This document shows, piece after piece, positions 11,130 through 22,593 of a DNA stretch of 64,000 bases; positions within the stretch are counted from its first letter, which is position 1; each line of letters starts with the position of its first letter. Location: the NCBI GenBank assembly GCA_964631955.1, contig CAZWBA010000008.1:71312-135311 (forward strand), given 5' to 3'. The notes under the pieces are model-generated. The model saw only the letters and a program-made list of their open reading frames with translations. It was not told the origin of the DNA and ran no database searches. The translations under genes were made by a program, and so were the position numbers. Origin of the DNA: an uncultured Verrucomicrobiaceae bacterium. Lineage in GTDB: Bacteria > Pseudomonadota > Gammaproteobacteria > Pseudomonadales > CAMLJR01.

Positions 11130-12260
11130 TTAGCGGCGCGCTTTCATCAAATCGATAAAGTGGTCGAACAACGGCGCGGCATCGTGCGGGCCCGGGCTCG
11201 CCTCCGGGTGCCCCTGAAAACTGAACGCGGGGCAATCGGTGCGATGAATACCCTGCAGCGAACCATCGAACAGCGACTTGTGCGTAACGCGCAACGTCGA
11301 TGGCAGCGTACTTTCGTCGACCGAAAAACCATGATTCTGACTGGTGATGAGCACCGTGCCGTCATCGAGATTCTGCACCGGATGATTCGCGCCGTGATGG
11401 CCGAATTTCATCTTCAGGGTTTTCGCGTCGCTGGCGAGACCGAGCAATTGATGGCCCAGGCAGATTCCAAACACGGGAATATCGGTTTTCAAAAACGCTT
11501 TAATCGCAGCGATGGCGTAATCGCACGGTTCGGGATCGCCGGGGCCGTTCGACAGGAAAATACCATCGGGCTTCAGCGCCAACACATCCGCCGCCGATGT
11601 TTGCGCGGGGACGACGGTGAGGCGGCAGCCGCGATCGACGAGCATGCGCAGGATATTGACCTTCACACCGTAGTCATAGGCGACAACGTGGAATGGCAAT
11701 TCGGCGTCAGTGAACTCTTTGAAACCTTCGCCGAGCTTCCAGCTGCCCTGACGCCAGGGATAGGACTTTTGCGTCGACACGACTTTCGCGAGATCCATGC
11801 CTTTGAGGCCGGGGAATGCACGTGCAGCGGCGAGCGCTTCGGCATCGTCGATACGACCGGCCATGATGCAGCCGTTTTGAGTGCCTTTATCGCGCAAGAT
11901 CCGCGTCAGACGGCGCGTGTCGATGCCGGCGATGCCGACCACATTGCGCGAGCGTAAATAATCGTCGAGCGATTGTGTATTGCGAAAATTGCTGGCCAGC
12001 AGCGGCAGGTCGCGAATGATCAGACCGGTCGCCCAGATCTGTTTCGCCTCCTCATCTTCGCTGTTGGTGCCGGTATTGCCGATGTGCGGATAGGTCAGTG
12101 TGACCATCTGCTGGGCGTATGACGGATCGGTGAGAATTTCCTGATAACCCGTCATCGCGGTATTGAATACGACTTCCCCTGTGGCCAATCCCTCGGCGCC
12201 AATGGCGATACCGCGGAACAGGCTGCCGTCTTCGAGGGCGAGCAGAGCTGAGACGGTCAA
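11130..12260 (-). CDS. carA: Carbamoyl-phosphate synthase small subunit (TTG start)
   Basis: [17 protein letters not shown]...GICLGHQLL glutamine amidotransferase triad region. Start codon is TTG, preceded by caggagg. Confidence 0.97.
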   Translation of the reverse strand: MTVSALLALEDGSLFRGIAIGAEGLATGEVVFNTAMTGYQEILTDPSYAQQMVTLTYPHIGNTGTNSEDEEAKQIWATGLIIRDLPLLASNFRNTQSLDDYLRSRNVVGIAGIDTRRLTRILRDKGTQNGCIMAGRIDDAEALAAARAFPGLKGMDLAKVVSTQKSYPWRQGSWKLGEGFKEFTDAELPFHVVAYDYGVKVNILRMLVDRGCRLTVVPAQTSAADVLALKPDGIFLSNGPGDPEPCDYAIAAIKAFLKTDIPVFGICLGHQLLGLASDAKTLKMKFGHHGANHPVQNLDDGTVLITSQNHGFSVDESTLPSTLRVTHKSLFDGSLQGIHRTDCPAFSFQGHPEASPGPHDAAPLFDHFIDLMKARR

Positions 12261-12407
12261 TCGAACCTCCTGACAGGGTTGTGGCGGTGCTCACTGGAAG
12301 CACTGGCTTGAAACGCATGCTTGAGACAGATGAGGCGGATGCTGGTTGCATCGAATCGGATTTCGAAACCGGAAACCCTGAAACGATTGTAGAACCGGGA
12401 CGCTTGT

Positions 12408-12446
12408 AAAAAAGCGAGATGAAGGGGCGCCTCATCTCGCTTTTTA
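12408..12446. terminator. Orphan bidirectional rho-independent terminator-like hairpin, about 150 nt upstream of carA
   Basis: aaaaaa-gcgagatga-aggggcgcc-tcatctcgc-ttttt: a 9-bp perfect stem with an A-run and a T-run. There is no gene end adjacent on either strand. Confidence 0.6.
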
Positions 12447-12793
12447 TACTGGATTTTTCCGCCGTGCTTTTTTGCGCGCTTAGCGCTGATGGGCGCTCAG
12501 GTGGCGCGCAAATCGCGGGGGGGAATTGTACGCGAACGCGCAGCGCAGTGTCCACCCGCCAATTCCCGCCCAAACCAGGCATCAAAGCGACAAGGCAATT
12601 CGTCACCTATAGTGTTTGAGGTTTCATCCAAAGTGTCCGAACAGCTCGACAAGTCCTTGATGCGGCTCTATCTGTATCAGCCTGCGCGAGTGCCAAACCG
12701 ATATCGCAAACGGTTGCGCCTGTCCGGCATGAGAATTACTATCCGCGCCATTTCGAAACGCCCAGACAATCATTCACACGCAGGACGTCCTTC

Positions 12794-13747
12794 ATGCTGC
12801 ATGTCTTCAACATCAATAACGCCACTTTGAAAGAGCAGCGCAGCGGCTCGGGCGACACTCCGGTGTCGATTACTGACGCGGCCTGGATCGACGTCACCGA
12901 TCCGAGCCCCGAAGAGCGCGCGATGATCGAAAGCGTGCACAAAGCTCCCCTGCCCGATCCCGACGAGATGGAAGAGATCGAAGCGTCGGCGCGTTTCTTT
13001 ATCGACAGCGCCGGCATTCACGTCCACTCATTGTTCCTTTACCAGAGCGAGGGTCGCCACCGAACCGATTCGGTCGCGTTCATTCTCAACGACAAACAAC
13101 TGCTGACATTCCGCGATACCGAACTGCCCGATTTTCGTCTGCTGCGCATGCGCGCGCATCGCGGCTGGGTGGAAGCGAAAAATTCGCTCGACATCATGCT
13201 CGCGCTGCTCGAACAGAAAGTCGAAAACCTCGCCGACACGCTCGAAAACATTCACCAGCGCCTGGAGGATGTCAGCCACCTCGTGCTGGAAGATGAAGAA
13301 GGCGAACTCGAAGAGGCGATCGACCGGCTTGCGAAACTCGAAGACAGCAACGGAAAAATTCGTCTGTGCCTGATGGATACGCAGCGCTCGATTTCATTTT
13401 TGCAACGCCACATCCGCAATTACCCCGAACAGCAGGAAACTTGTCGCGAAATTTTCCGCGATATCGAAACGCTGATGTCACACACCGCGTTCCTGTTCGA
13501 AAAAATCAACTTCCTCATGGATGCCGCACGAGGCTTCATCAATATCGAGCAGAACCAGATCATTAAAATCTTCTCGATCGCCGCGGTGGTTTTTCTGCCG
13601 CCAACGCTCGTTGCCAGCATGTACGGTATGAACTTCCAGATCATGCCTGAACTGAACTGGGAATTCGGTTACCCGCTGGCGGTGATGCTGATGGTTTTAT
13701 CGGGAATCGCGCCGTACTGGTATTTCAAGCGCAAGGGCTGGCTGTAA
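12794..13747 (+). CDS. corA: CorA-family magnesium/cobalt transporter
   Basis: C-terminal ...LPPTLVASMYGMNF...YFKRKGWL carries the YGMN signature and two terminal TM helices. Confidence 0.9.
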   Translation: MLHVFNINNATLKEQRSGSGDTPVSITDAAWIDVTDPSPEERAMIESVHKAPLPDPDEMEEIEASARFFIDSAGIHVHSLFLYQSEGRHRTDSVAFILNDKQLLTFRDTELPDFRLLRMRAHRGWVEAKNSLDIMLALLEQKVENLADTLENIHQRLEDVSHLVLEDEEGELEEAIDRLAKLEDSNGKIRLCLMDTQRSISFLQRHIRNYPEQQETCREIFRDIETLMSHTAFLFEKINFLMDAARGFINIEQNQIIKIFSIAAVVFLPPTLVASMYGMNFQIMPELNWEFGYPLAVMLMVLSGIAPYWYFKRKGWL

Positions 13748-13761
13748 CTTTTCCACCCTGA

Positions 13762-13801
13762 CCCGCTCCCTGAATGGCCCTAAAGGGTCTACAGGAGAGG
13801 G
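13762..13801. repeat. REP-like imperfect palindrome related to the GGGAGAGGG family, between the convergent corA and HD-GYP genes
   Basis: cgctccctgaatggccctaaagggtctacaggagaggg, with outer arms ctccctg/caggagag and an inner ggccct-aaa-gggtc. Confidence 0.4.
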
Positions 13802-13803
13802 AA

Positions 13804-15087
13804 TTAACTGCTGCGTTCGTCGGGCTTCAATGCAAAGAAATACGAAATGCGTTCGCGTGGATTTAAATACTCGAACTGCTCCGGCGTCAGCTGCGCGGGC
13901 CGCAAACTTTTGCGAATCGACAAATCGCCCTGCGCAGTCATATCGACAATCACCGCTTCCGTTTTGGGAATATCCGCCGAGTACACCATGACACCCGGCT
14001 TGAGCAATTCCTTGCGATTCAGATAAATCACGATACCGATCGATTCGTCGGACAATTGCACCAGCGTGCCCGGCGGATAAATGCCCAGCATTTTCACCAA
14101 TGCCTGCAAAACCTGTTTGTCGAATTTCGCGGCCTGCTTGGAAAACATCAGACTCAACGCTTCGTGTGGCGTCATGCTCTGTTTGGGATCGTTGTGATTA
14201 CACAACTCGTCGTAGTAATTGACGATCGCGAGAATTCTGGACAGCGGATGCATTTTGGCCGGATCGATATCGACCGGATAGCCGCTGCGATCGAGAAACA
14301 CATGATGCTGCTCGATAATTGCGAGCAACGCAGGTTTCACCGTCAATTTCAATTTCGCGTACTGGGAAATCATATCGGTTCCGAAGCGCACATGACGCGA
14401 ATAGAGATCGGCTTCGGGTTTTGTCAGCGGTACGGTTCTACGCAGCAGTTGCGGCGGCAATTTGGTATGGCCGATATCGTGCAGCAGCGATGCCAGTCCC
14501 AGCGTCATCAATTGCTCTTTATCGGTGATTCCCACTTCGCGCGCCACCAGCAGCGCCAACACCGATGAATTGAGCACGTGGTAATACATCGAGTCATCGA
14601 GATTATTGGCGTTCATCAATTGCACGAGCACTTCCTTGTCCGCGCTCACCGTGGCCACGATACTGCCAACGACCCTGGTTGCCTCGTTCATCGCCTGAAC
14701 GGGTGCGCTATTCATTTTGCCCATGAAGTCTTTGACTTCGCCGACAACCTCGTTGTATTGCTTCTCGACCTTCTGAATTTCGACACGACGCTGACTGAGT
14801 TTGCGTGCCTGCTCCTTTTTCTCGTCCCACCGCTGCTGCAATACCTGCTCGGTGCCAGCGGCATCCGGATCGGCGAGCTCGGGCGTTTCGGCAGGCAGCG
14901 GTTCGACGCGCGATCTGTCGGGGTAATACCAGACCTCCTTCAGGCCGAGCGAACGAATCAGCATGATCTGCTGCGCGTCTTTGATGCGAAACTTGCCGAG
15001 CATGAAAGGATGCTCGTTCCAGCGCAGCGGCAATTCGATATACAGCCCAGGCTGGAGCTGTTGCACCTGGAGTGACTCTCGACTCAT
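13804..15087 (-). CDS. HD-GYP domain protein with N-terminal DUF3391-like region (putative c-di-GMP phosphodiesterase)
   Basis: LLHDIGHTKLP (HD) and HHVFLDRSGYP (GYP) motifs. The N-terminus LQPGLYIELPLRWNEHPFM is typical of DUF3391-HD-GYP proteins. Confidence 0.88.
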   Translation of the reverse strand: MSRESLQVQQLQPGLYIELPLRWNEHPFMLGKFRIKDAQQIMLIRSLGLKEVWYYPDRSRVEPLPAETPELADPDAAGTEQVLQQRWDEKKEQARKLSQRRVEIQKVEKQYNEVVGEVKDFMGKMNSAPVQAMNEATRVVGSIVATVSADKEVLVQLMNANNLDDSMYYHVLNSSVLALLVAREVGITDKEQLMTLGLASLLHDIGHTKLPPQLLRRTVPLTKPEADLYSRHVRFGTDMISQYAKLKLTVKPALLAIIEQHHVFLDRSGYPVDIDPAKMHPLSRILAIVNYYDELCNHNDPKQSMTPHEALSLMFSKQAAKFDKQVLQALVKMLGIYPPGTLVQLSDESIGIVIYLNRKELLKPGVMVYSADIPKTEAVIVDMTAQGDLSIRKSLRPAQLTPEQFEYLNPRERISYFFALKPDERSS

Positions 15088-15294
15088 CGGGACTCAATCT
15101 TTGAAATCGGATTTGAAACAGATACTTGACGTTCAGCTAGTGTGGTCGAGAAAACCGCGCTTGTCACTTTGCAGCCGCCGCTCTTGTCACTGTGCCGCAA
15201 CATGGCAGCGGGCGCTTCGCGAACGTTTTTTACATTTTGGCGAGGGTGGATGGCGCGTCTACACTTGGTTGGGTGCACGCATCCGGAGACCAAC

Positions 15295-15594
15295 ATGAAC
15301 ACCGTCGTCGCAACCCTGCAGGGATCGAATCTCACGCTCAAAGTCAGCGGCCGCTTCACCTTTTCCCTCTACAAGGAATTTGCGGCCAGTTACAAAAATG
15401 TCGATCCTCACCCCGAAAGAATCGATGTCGATCTGGGTGCCGTCGAATACATCGACAGCGCAGCCCTCGGCATGCTGTTATCGATGCGCAATCATTTCGG
15501 CACCGACAGCAAGGTTTCCCTGCTGAACCCCAATGAAACCGTTAGAAAAATTCTCGAGATCGCGCGCTTCGACAAAAAATTCTCCATGTCCTGA
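15295..15594 (+). CDS. STAS-domain anti-sigma-factor antagonist (HsbA/SpoIIAA-like)
   Basis: 99 aa. VEYIDSAALGMLL contains the conserved phosphorylatable Ser context. GGAGAC lies 5 nt before the ATG at 15295; the ORF is open from 15142. Confidence 0.85.
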   Translation: MNTVVATLQGSNLTLKVSGRFTFSLYKEFAASYKNVDPHPERIDVDLGAVEYIDSAALGMLLSMRNHFGTDSKVSLLNPNETVRKILEIARFDKKFSMS

Positions 15595-15639
15595 TTCGCC
15601 CGCCCGCTTTCACCCAATCAGCTCCAGGTGCACAACGCG

Positions 15640-17325
15640 ATGAAAATTCTCGTCGTCGATCCCGAAGCCGAAATCCGCCTGCTGTTTTTTATCGCTGCGG
15701 ATGAGCTGCATTGCGAACCGCTCTTCGCCTCCGGCGGTGAGGAGGCACTCGATATCTGGCTAGAGCACGACGACATCGGTCTGGTGCTTATTTCCACCGA
15801 TTTACCCGACATGAATTGCTGCAACCTGGCGGATCACCTGCGCAGTGCAGAACGCGGCTATCGCGGCGCGATCGTTTTTCTGAGTCACTCCGAGGATTCG
15901 ACGCTGCTCGTCAAATTATTCGAGCACGGCGACGATGTTGTCATCAAACCGTTCAGCCAGGCAGTGCTGCTGGCAAAATTGCTGGCGATGCAGCGTACGC
16001 GCGCACTGTATCTGCAACTCGACAAACACAATCGAGAACTCGAACAGTTTCGCAGCCAGACCGAAGCGGAGGTGCAGATCGCCACCGATGTTTTCTCGTA
16101 TATCAATGCGCAGAATTTGCCAGCGGTACCCGGCGTCACCACTTTTCTCTCGGCGTATTCATCGTTCAGCGGCGATTTATTGCTGATGGCGCCGCGCCCC
16201 GGCGAAGGCTTCAATGTATTGATCGCCGACATCACGGGCCACGGTCTGCCAGCGGCGATCGGTACGATTCCCATCGCCGAAACATTTTTCACCATGACCA
16301 GCAAGGGTTTTGGCGTCGGCGATATCGCGCGCGAAATGAACAAGGTATTTCGCAAGCGCATGCCCGATTATTTATTGTGTGCAGCAATTTTGATCGCCGT
16401 GCAGGACAACGGCCAGCGTCTGCATATCTGGTCGGGCGGAATGCCCGCGCAATTCATTCTCGATAAACACGGACGCGTCGAATCATTCATCAAATCGCGA
16501 CATATGGCGCTCGGCGCATTGCTCGACAGCGAATTCGAGGATAGCGTCATCAGCATCGATTTACATCGCGATCAACAGATTCTCTGCTTCACCGATGGTG
16601 TAACGGAGACGAATAACAAAACCGGAGAATTATTCGGCGAAGACAATTTACTCTCAGCCATCGCGGCATCGGCCGACACAGGCATCATCGAACGGATCAT
16701 CGGTGCGCTATATCGATTCGTCGGCAATGGCAAACTCAGCGACGACGTCACCGTTTTCTGTTTCAACAATGCCGAATATACCGGCGTCGCTCCATCCGCC
16801 ACCACTACCGATATGGAGGAGGTCGACGGCTTTCGCTGGCAGACGCATCTGCAACTCGACCCACCGCAACTGCGCAATGAAAATCCGCTCGAACTGATTT
16901 TCAGCACATTACCGGCGCACCCCATCATTCGCGCAGCGCGTGCAGATATTTCCTTCATCATCAATGAGCTGTTTATCAACGCACTCGATCACGGCCTGCT
17001 CGGCCTGCAATCGGAAATGAAAGAACAGGAAGACGGCTTGCTGGAATATTTTTCACAGCGCGCGCAAAGACTCGCGGCGCTCGATGAAGGCTGCATCGAA
17101 CTCGAAATCACCTGCACCGTCAGCGAAGGCATCGGCGCCTTCACGATTCGCTGCAGCGACAGCGGGCCCGGATTCAGTTTCGCAGCCGCCCTGCGCACCG
17201 AGGAAAGCGACTGGCGTCACAGCGGCCGAGGCCTGAGCACCGTCGCGGCCATGTGCGATGAACTGGAGTCGAACGAGTGCGGCAATAGCATCAGCGCGCG
17301 TTATCACTGGCCGCGCATCGCATAA
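15640..17325 (+). CDS. Response regulator with REC, PP2C (SpoIIE) phosphatase and RsbW-like Ser kinase (HATPase) domains (HsbR-like)
   Basis: REC: MKILVVDPE...LISTDLPDMN. PP2C: SGDLLLMAP, IADITGHGLPAA, FTDGVTE, DDVTVFCF. HATPase: INELFINALDHG, SDSGPGF, GRGLSTV. Confidence 0.88.
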   Translation: MKILVVDPEAEIRLLFFIAADELHCEPLFASGGEEALDIWLEHDDIGLVLISTDLPDMNCCNLADHLRSAERGYRGAIVFLSHSEDSTLLVKLFEHGDDVVIKPFSQAVLLAKLLAMQRTRALYLQLDKHNRELEQFRSQTEAEVQIATDVFSYINAQNLPAVPGVTTFLSAYSSFSGDLLLMAPRPGEGFNVLIADITGHGLPAAIGTIPIAETFFTMTSKGFGVGDIAREMNKVFRKRMPDYLLCAAILIAVQDNGQRLHIWSGGMPAQFILDKHGRVESFIKSRHMALGALLDSEFEDSVISIDLHRDQQILCFTDGVTETNNKTGELFGEDNLLSAIAASADTGIIERIIGALYRFVGNGKLSDDVTVFCFNNAEYTGVAPSATTTDMEEVDGFRWQTHLQLDPPQLRNENPLELIFSTLPAHPIIRAARADISFIINELFINALDHGLLGLQSEMKEQEDGLLEYFSQRAQRLAALDEGCIELEITCTVSEGIGAFTIRCSDSGPGFSFAAALRTEESDWRHSGRGLSTVAAMCDELESNECGNSISARYHWPRIA

Positions 17326-17364
17326 ATCGATATGGAAAATTATCGATACCGCGCTTCGATTAAA

Positions 17365-18252
<888 letters not shown>

Positions 18253-18460
18253 TTACACTGCACGAATTATTTCACCAAACACAAGAGTATCCCGCAGTTT
18301 CGATAGATATTGGCCCGCTCAATAACGGTCACCCGAACACAGATCGAGCCAATTTTAATTTTCGTTGAATTCGCACAACACTTTCTGCCGGTGGAGTCCC
18401 TATCGATAGGGACTTCATCGGCCTGCACAGACAAAACGACCTCTGCACAAAACAAACGAT

Positions 18461-19603
18461 CTAATTCGAATCACCAAAAAAATTCTTCATCCCCTCAAAC
18501 CAGGAACCTTTGCGAGGTGATTGCTGATTACCTTCCGATTCGAGGGTCTGTTGCAATTCACGCAACAACTCTTTCTGGCGCTTCGTCAAATTCACCGGTG
18601 TTTCGACCACGATACGACAGAGCAAATCACCAGGCCCACCACCGCGAACCGGCGTTACCCCCTTGCCGCGCAAACGAAATAATTTTCCTGTCTGCGTTTC
18701 CTGCGGAATTTTCAATTTCACGCGACCTTCGAGCGTCGGTACTTCGAGCTCACCACCGAGTGCCGCATCGGCGAAACTCACCGGCACTTCGCAATACAAA
18801 TGTTTGCCATCGCGTTCGAAAATCGGATGCTCGCGCACCGAAATCTGCACATACAAATCGCCGACCGGCCCACCATCGGGACCCGCCTCACCTTCGCCTG
18901 CAAGACGAATGCGATCGCCTGTATCCACTCCCGGCGGAACTTTGACCGACAACGTTTTGGTTTCTTCAACCACACCGCGCCCATAACATTTGCCGCATGG
19001 GTCCGCGATCATTTTTCCCTTGCCGCGACAATTCGGGCAGGTTTGCTGCACGGAGAAAAATCCCTGTTGCATGCGAATCTGGCCAGCGCCCGCACATGTC
19101 GTACACGTCACCGGTGAACTGCCTTTCTTCGCGCCCGAACCATTGCACTCATCGCAATGAATCAATGTCGGCACGCGAATTTTCGTCGTTGTGCCTTTCA
19201 CGGCTTCTTCAAGGCTGATTTCAAGCGAATAGCGCAAATCCGATCCGCGTTGCGGACCGCCACGCTGACCACCGCGTCCGCCGCCAAAAATATCGCCGAA
19301 GACATCGCCGAAAATGTCGGAGAAACTCGCACCGCCGGCACCACCGCCAAAACCACCCGGGCCACCGCCAGCGCTGCCATCGACCGCGGCATGACCGAAC
19401 TGGTCGTACGCAGAACGCTTCTGCGAATCCGACAGCACTTCGTACGCATGATTCGCCTCCTTGAATTTCTCCTCGGCCTCCTTGTCGCCAGGATTGCGAT
19501 CGGGATGGTATTTCATCGCGACACGGCGGTAGGCTTTTTTGATATCGGCTTCGGCGGCGTCACGAGCTACACCGAGAACTTCGTAATAATCGCGTTTCGA
19601 CAT
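18461..19603 (-). CDS. dnaJ: Molecular chaperone DnaJ
   Basis: [12 protein letters not shown]...YHPDRN J-domain, G/F region, and four CxxCxGxG zinc motifs. Confidence 0.98.
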   Translation of the reverse strand: MSKRDYYEVLGVARDAAEADIKKAYRRVAMKYHPDRNPGDKEAEEKFKEANHAYEVLSDSQKRSAYDQFGHAAVDGSAGGGPGGFGGGAGGASFSDIFGDVFGDIFGGGRGGQRGGPQRGSDLRYSLEISLEEAVKGTTTKIRVPTLIHCDECNGSGAKKGSSPVTCTTCAGAGQIRMQQGFFSVQQTCPNCRGKGKMIADPCGKCYGRGVVEETKTLSVKVPPGVDTGDRIRLAGEGEAGPDGGPVGDLYVQISVREHPIFERDGKHLYCEVPVSFADAALGGELEVPTLEGRVKLKIPQETQTGKLFRLRGKGVTPVRGGGPGDLLCRIVVETPVNLTKRQKELLRELQQTLESEGNQQSPRKGSWFEGMKNFFGDSN

Positions 19604-19690
19604 TTTGTTTAGTTCTTCGTCAGCATCATCGTAGGGGCGCTGATTGCAGCCCCGTTCATCACATTAAAAACAACCCACGTCAGAAACAAC

Positions 19691-19720
19691 AAAGTCAGCA
19701 TGGCGAGCCATGCTGACTTT
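19691..19720 (-). terminator. Strong intercistronic stem-loop between dnaK and dnaJ (partial terminator/attenuator candidate)
   Basis: Minus strand aaagtcagcatgg-ctcg-ccatgctgacttt, followed by gttgtttc. Confidence 0.5.
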
Positions 19721-19743
19721 GCGAACCCGTTTGCCAAAGAAGA

Positions 19744-21663
19744 TTACTTATCCTCTTTGACTTCCTCGAATTCGGCATCGACAACATCGTCCCCGCCCGC
19801 CGCAGAATCATTTCCACCGGCTTGTTGCGCGCCGCCTTTTGCTTGCTGTTCAGCGTACATCTTCTGCGCCAAGCCGCTCGATGCTTCAGTCAGTTTCTGT
19901 GTCGCTGCTTCGATGGCTTCTTTGTCATCGCCTTTAACGACTTCTTCAACTTGCTTGATTGCAGCTTCTATCGCAGCTTTCTCGTCAGCGGTAACTTTGT
20001 CGCCAGCCTCTTGCAATGTTTTTTGCGTCGCGTGCACAAGACCTTCAGCGGTGTTACGCACTTGCGCGAGTTCGGCAAATTTCTTATCCGACTCGGCATT
20101 CGCCTCAGCATCGGCAACCATTTTCTTGATTTCGTCCTCGCTCAAGCCGCTCGACGCAGTGATGCGAATCGATTGCTGTTTGCCGGTCGCCTTGTCTTTC
20201 GCCGACACATTCAGAATGCCATTGGCGTCGATATCGAACGTTACTTCGATCTGCGGCATGCCGCGCGGCGACGACGGAATATCGGTCAAATCGAAACGGC
20301 CGAGCGATTTATTCGCTGCCGCCTGCTTACGCTCGCCCTGCACGACGTGAATCGTCACGGCCGTTTGATTATCTTCCGCAGTCGAAAACACCTGCGATTT
20401 CTTGGTGGGAATCGTGGTGTTCTTGTCGATCAGCGGCGTGGCGACACCACCCATCGTTTCGATGCCGAGTGTCAGCGGCGTGACGTCGAGCAGCAATACA
20501 TCTTTCACGTCACCGCTCAATACCGCGCCCTGAATCGCTGCGCCCATGGCAACGGCTTCATCAGGATTCACATCCTTGCGCGGCTCCTGACCGAAGAAGG
20601 CTGCAACTTTCGTTTGCACCATCGGCATACGCGTTTGACCGCCGACGAGAATGACCTCGTTGATTTCCGACGCCGACTTGCCCGCGTCTTTCAGCGCCTG
20701 GCGGCACGGCTCGATCGAACGCTCGACCAGATTTTCCACTAACGCTTCAAGTTTGGCGCGCGTGAGCTTGATGACCAGATGCTTCGGACCCGTTGCATCG
20801 GCGGTGATGTACGGCAGATTCACTTCGGTCTGCTGGCTCGACGACAATTCGATTTTCGCTTTTTCTGCCGCTTCCTTCAGACGCTGCATCGCCAGCGGAT
20901 CACCTTTTAGATCGATGCCGTTGTCTTTCTTGAATTCGTCAGCGAAATAGTTGATCAGCACCATGTCGAAGTCTTCACCGCCGAGGAAGGTATCGCCGTT
21001 GGTGGAAAGCACTTCGAATTGTTTTTCACCGTCGACATCGGCGATTTCGATGATCGAAATATCGAAGGTGCCGCCGCCGAGGTCGTAAACCGCGATCACG
21101 CGATCGCCACCCTCTTTATCGATACCGTAGGCAAGCGCCGCCGCGGTCGGCTCGTTGATGATGCGTTTGACATCGAGGCCCGCGATGCGGCCGGCATCTT
21201 TCGTCGCCTGACGCTGTGAATCGTTGAAATAGGCAGGAACGGTGATGACGGCTTCTTTGATTTCCTCGCCGAGATAGTCCTCGGCGGTCTTTTTCATTTT
21301 CTTGAGCACTTCGGCCGAAATCTGCGGCGCAGCCATTTTCTTGCCGTTGACTTCAACCCACGCATCGCCGTTGTCAGCCTTGACGATTTTGTACGGCACC
21401 ATATTGATGTCTTTCTGCACGACGTCATCGGTGAAGCGGCGGCCGATCAAACGCTTGACCGCGTACAGCGTATTTTTCGGGTTGGTGACCGCCTGACGCT
21501 TGGCGCTCTGACCCACGAGAATTTCGTCATTATCGGTATACGCAACGATCGAAGGCGTCGTGCGCGCGCCTTCGGCGTTCTCGATAACCTTTACCTTGTC
21601 ACCGTCGAGAATGGCCACGCACGAGTTCGTGGTGCCGAGGTCAATACCGATCATTTTTGCCAT
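19744..21663 (-). CDS. dnaK: Molecular chaperone DnaK (Hsp70)
   Basis: [18 protein letters not shown]...DLGGGTFD... over 639 aa. Confidence 0.99.
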   Translation of the reverse strand: MAKMIGIDLGTTNSCVAILDGDKVKVIENAEGARTTPSIVAYTDNDEILVGQSAKRQAVTNPKNTLYAVKRLIGRRFTDDVVQKDINMVPYKIVKADNGDAWVEVNGKKMAAPQISAEVLKKMKKTAEDYLGEEIKEAVITVPAYFNDSQRQATKDAGRIAGLDVKRIINEPTAAALAYGIDKEGGDRVIAVYDLGGGTFDISIIEIADVDGEKQFEVLSTNGDTFLGGEDFDMVLINYFADEFKKDNGIDLKGDPLAMQRLKEAAEKAKIELSSSQQTEVNLPYITADATGPKHLVIKLTRAKLEALVENLVERSIEPCRQALKDAGKSASEINEVILVGGQTRMPMVQTKVAAFFGQEPRKDVNPDEAVAMGAAIQGAVLSGDVKDVLLLDVTPLTLGIETMGGVATPLIDKNTTIPTKKSQVFSTAEDNQTAVTIHVVQGERKQAAANKSLGRFDLTDIPSSPRGMPQIEVTFDIDANGILNVSAKDKATGKQQSIRITASSGLSEDEIKKMVADAEANAESDKKFAELAQVRNTAEGLVHATQKTLQEAGDKVTADEKAAIEAAIKQVEEVVKGDDKEAIEAATQKLTEASSGLAQKMYAEQQAKGGAQQAGGNDSAAGGDDVVDAEFEEVKEDK

Positions 21664-21732
21664 GGTTCATCTCCAGATTCAAAACTTGAGGCCGCGCTTG
21701 CCGCTGCGGCGCTAAATTCATTGCTTGACGCC

Positions 21733-21763
21733 TATATTGGCGCTGACCCCGATAATTCAAGGG
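21733..21763 (-). promoter_or_regulatory. Sigma32 (heat-shock) promoter for dnaK-dnaJ
   Basis: Minus strand cCCTTGAAt-tatcggggtcagcg-CCAATATA matches the sigma32 consensus CTTGAAA-N13-15-CCCCATnT. Confidence 0.6.
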
Positions 21764-21849
21764 CTATTTTTGGTTCGTCACGCCTGCGCAAGCGGGAATC
21801 CATGAACTCACAGCCCTGGCTTTCCGTCCGCGCGGGAACGACGAGACAT

Positions 21850-22431
21850 TCATGCGGTTTCGTCGATTTTCTTCGCCGCGCCTTTTGCGACGACCACCAT
21901 GGCCGCGCGCAGCAAACGACCGCTCAGCGTGTAGCCCTTCTGCATCACATGCAGGACAGAATTGGGCTCGGCGGCGGGATTGTCGACGATCGATACGGCT
22001 TCGTGGAATTGCGGATCGAAAGGCGCGCCGAGCGGATCGACCTGTTCGATCTGGCATTTCTTCAGCGCATCGAGGAGCGATTTGTACGTCAGCTCGACAC
22101 CTTCGAGCATCGGCTTTATGACCTCGCTGTTGCGATCGGCCGACTCCAGCGCCCGCTCCAGATTATCGCTGACGGGCAGAATCGCATTGGCGAACTTTTC
22201 AAGCGCGTATTTATGCGCGTTCTCGACATCCTTCTCGGCCCGGCGACGAACATTCTGCGCCTCGGCAGCGGCGCGCAAGGTTTGATCTTTGGCATCGGCC
22301 ACCTGCTGCTGCAATTGCTCGATCTGAGCCTGCAATGCGGCGATATCGACGTCGGGTTGCTCAGCGACCGGCGCAGTGGCGTCGGTAGCGGCTTGGGATT
22401 CTTCGACAGGGGGATTTTGCGGCTCTGTCAC
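21850..22431 (-). CDS. grpE: Nucleotide exchange factor GrpE
   Basis: ...RAAAEAQNVRRRAEKDVENAHKYALEKFANAILPVSDNLERAL... Start placed at the GTG at 22431, 5 nt after GGAGAG; the ORF is open to the GTG at 22449. Confidence 0.93.
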   Translation of the reverse strand: MTEPQNPPVEESQAATDATAPVAEQPDVDIAALQAQIEQLQQQVADAKDQTLRAAAEAQNVRRRAEKDVENAHKYALEKFANAILPVSDNLERALESADRNSEVIKPMLEGVELTYKSLLDALKKCQIEQVDPLGAPFDPQFHEAVSIVDNPAAEPNSVLHVMQKGYTLSGRLLRAAMVVVAKGAAKKIDETA

Positions 22432-22479
22432 AACAACTCTCCGTAACACGTACTCGAAAGGAAGATTCAGGTCCGGCGC

Positions 22480-22510
22480 TAGATGGGGCCGTTATTTTGG
22501 ATTTCAACCC
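22480..22510 (-). promoter_or_regulatory. Sigma32 (heat-shock) promoter for grpE
   Basis: Minus strand gggTTGAAA-tccaaaataacgg-CCCCATCTA is a near-perfect match to the sigma32 consensus. Confidence 0.65.
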
Positions 22511-22548
22511 CGACCCGCAGGGGTGGGCCTGCGTGTCCGCCCGATTCA

Positions 22549-22577
22549 TAAAAAAAGGCGGACACATAGGTCCGCCC
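22549..22577 (-). terminator. Rho-independent terminator after hrcA
   Basis: Minus strand ggcggacc-tatg-tgtccgcc followed by ttttttt. Confidence 0.7.
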
Positions 22578-22593
22578 CTACAGATGCGAGGAT

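Noticed and set aside
12052-12606. 184-aa minus-strand ORF spanning the carA 5' end and leader
   Set aside because: It is out of frame with carA and runs through the terminator hairpin, with an Arg/Ser-rich nonsense-like translation.
19822-20742. 306-aa plus-strand ORF, plus 19700-20350
   Set aside because: Antisense to dnaK.
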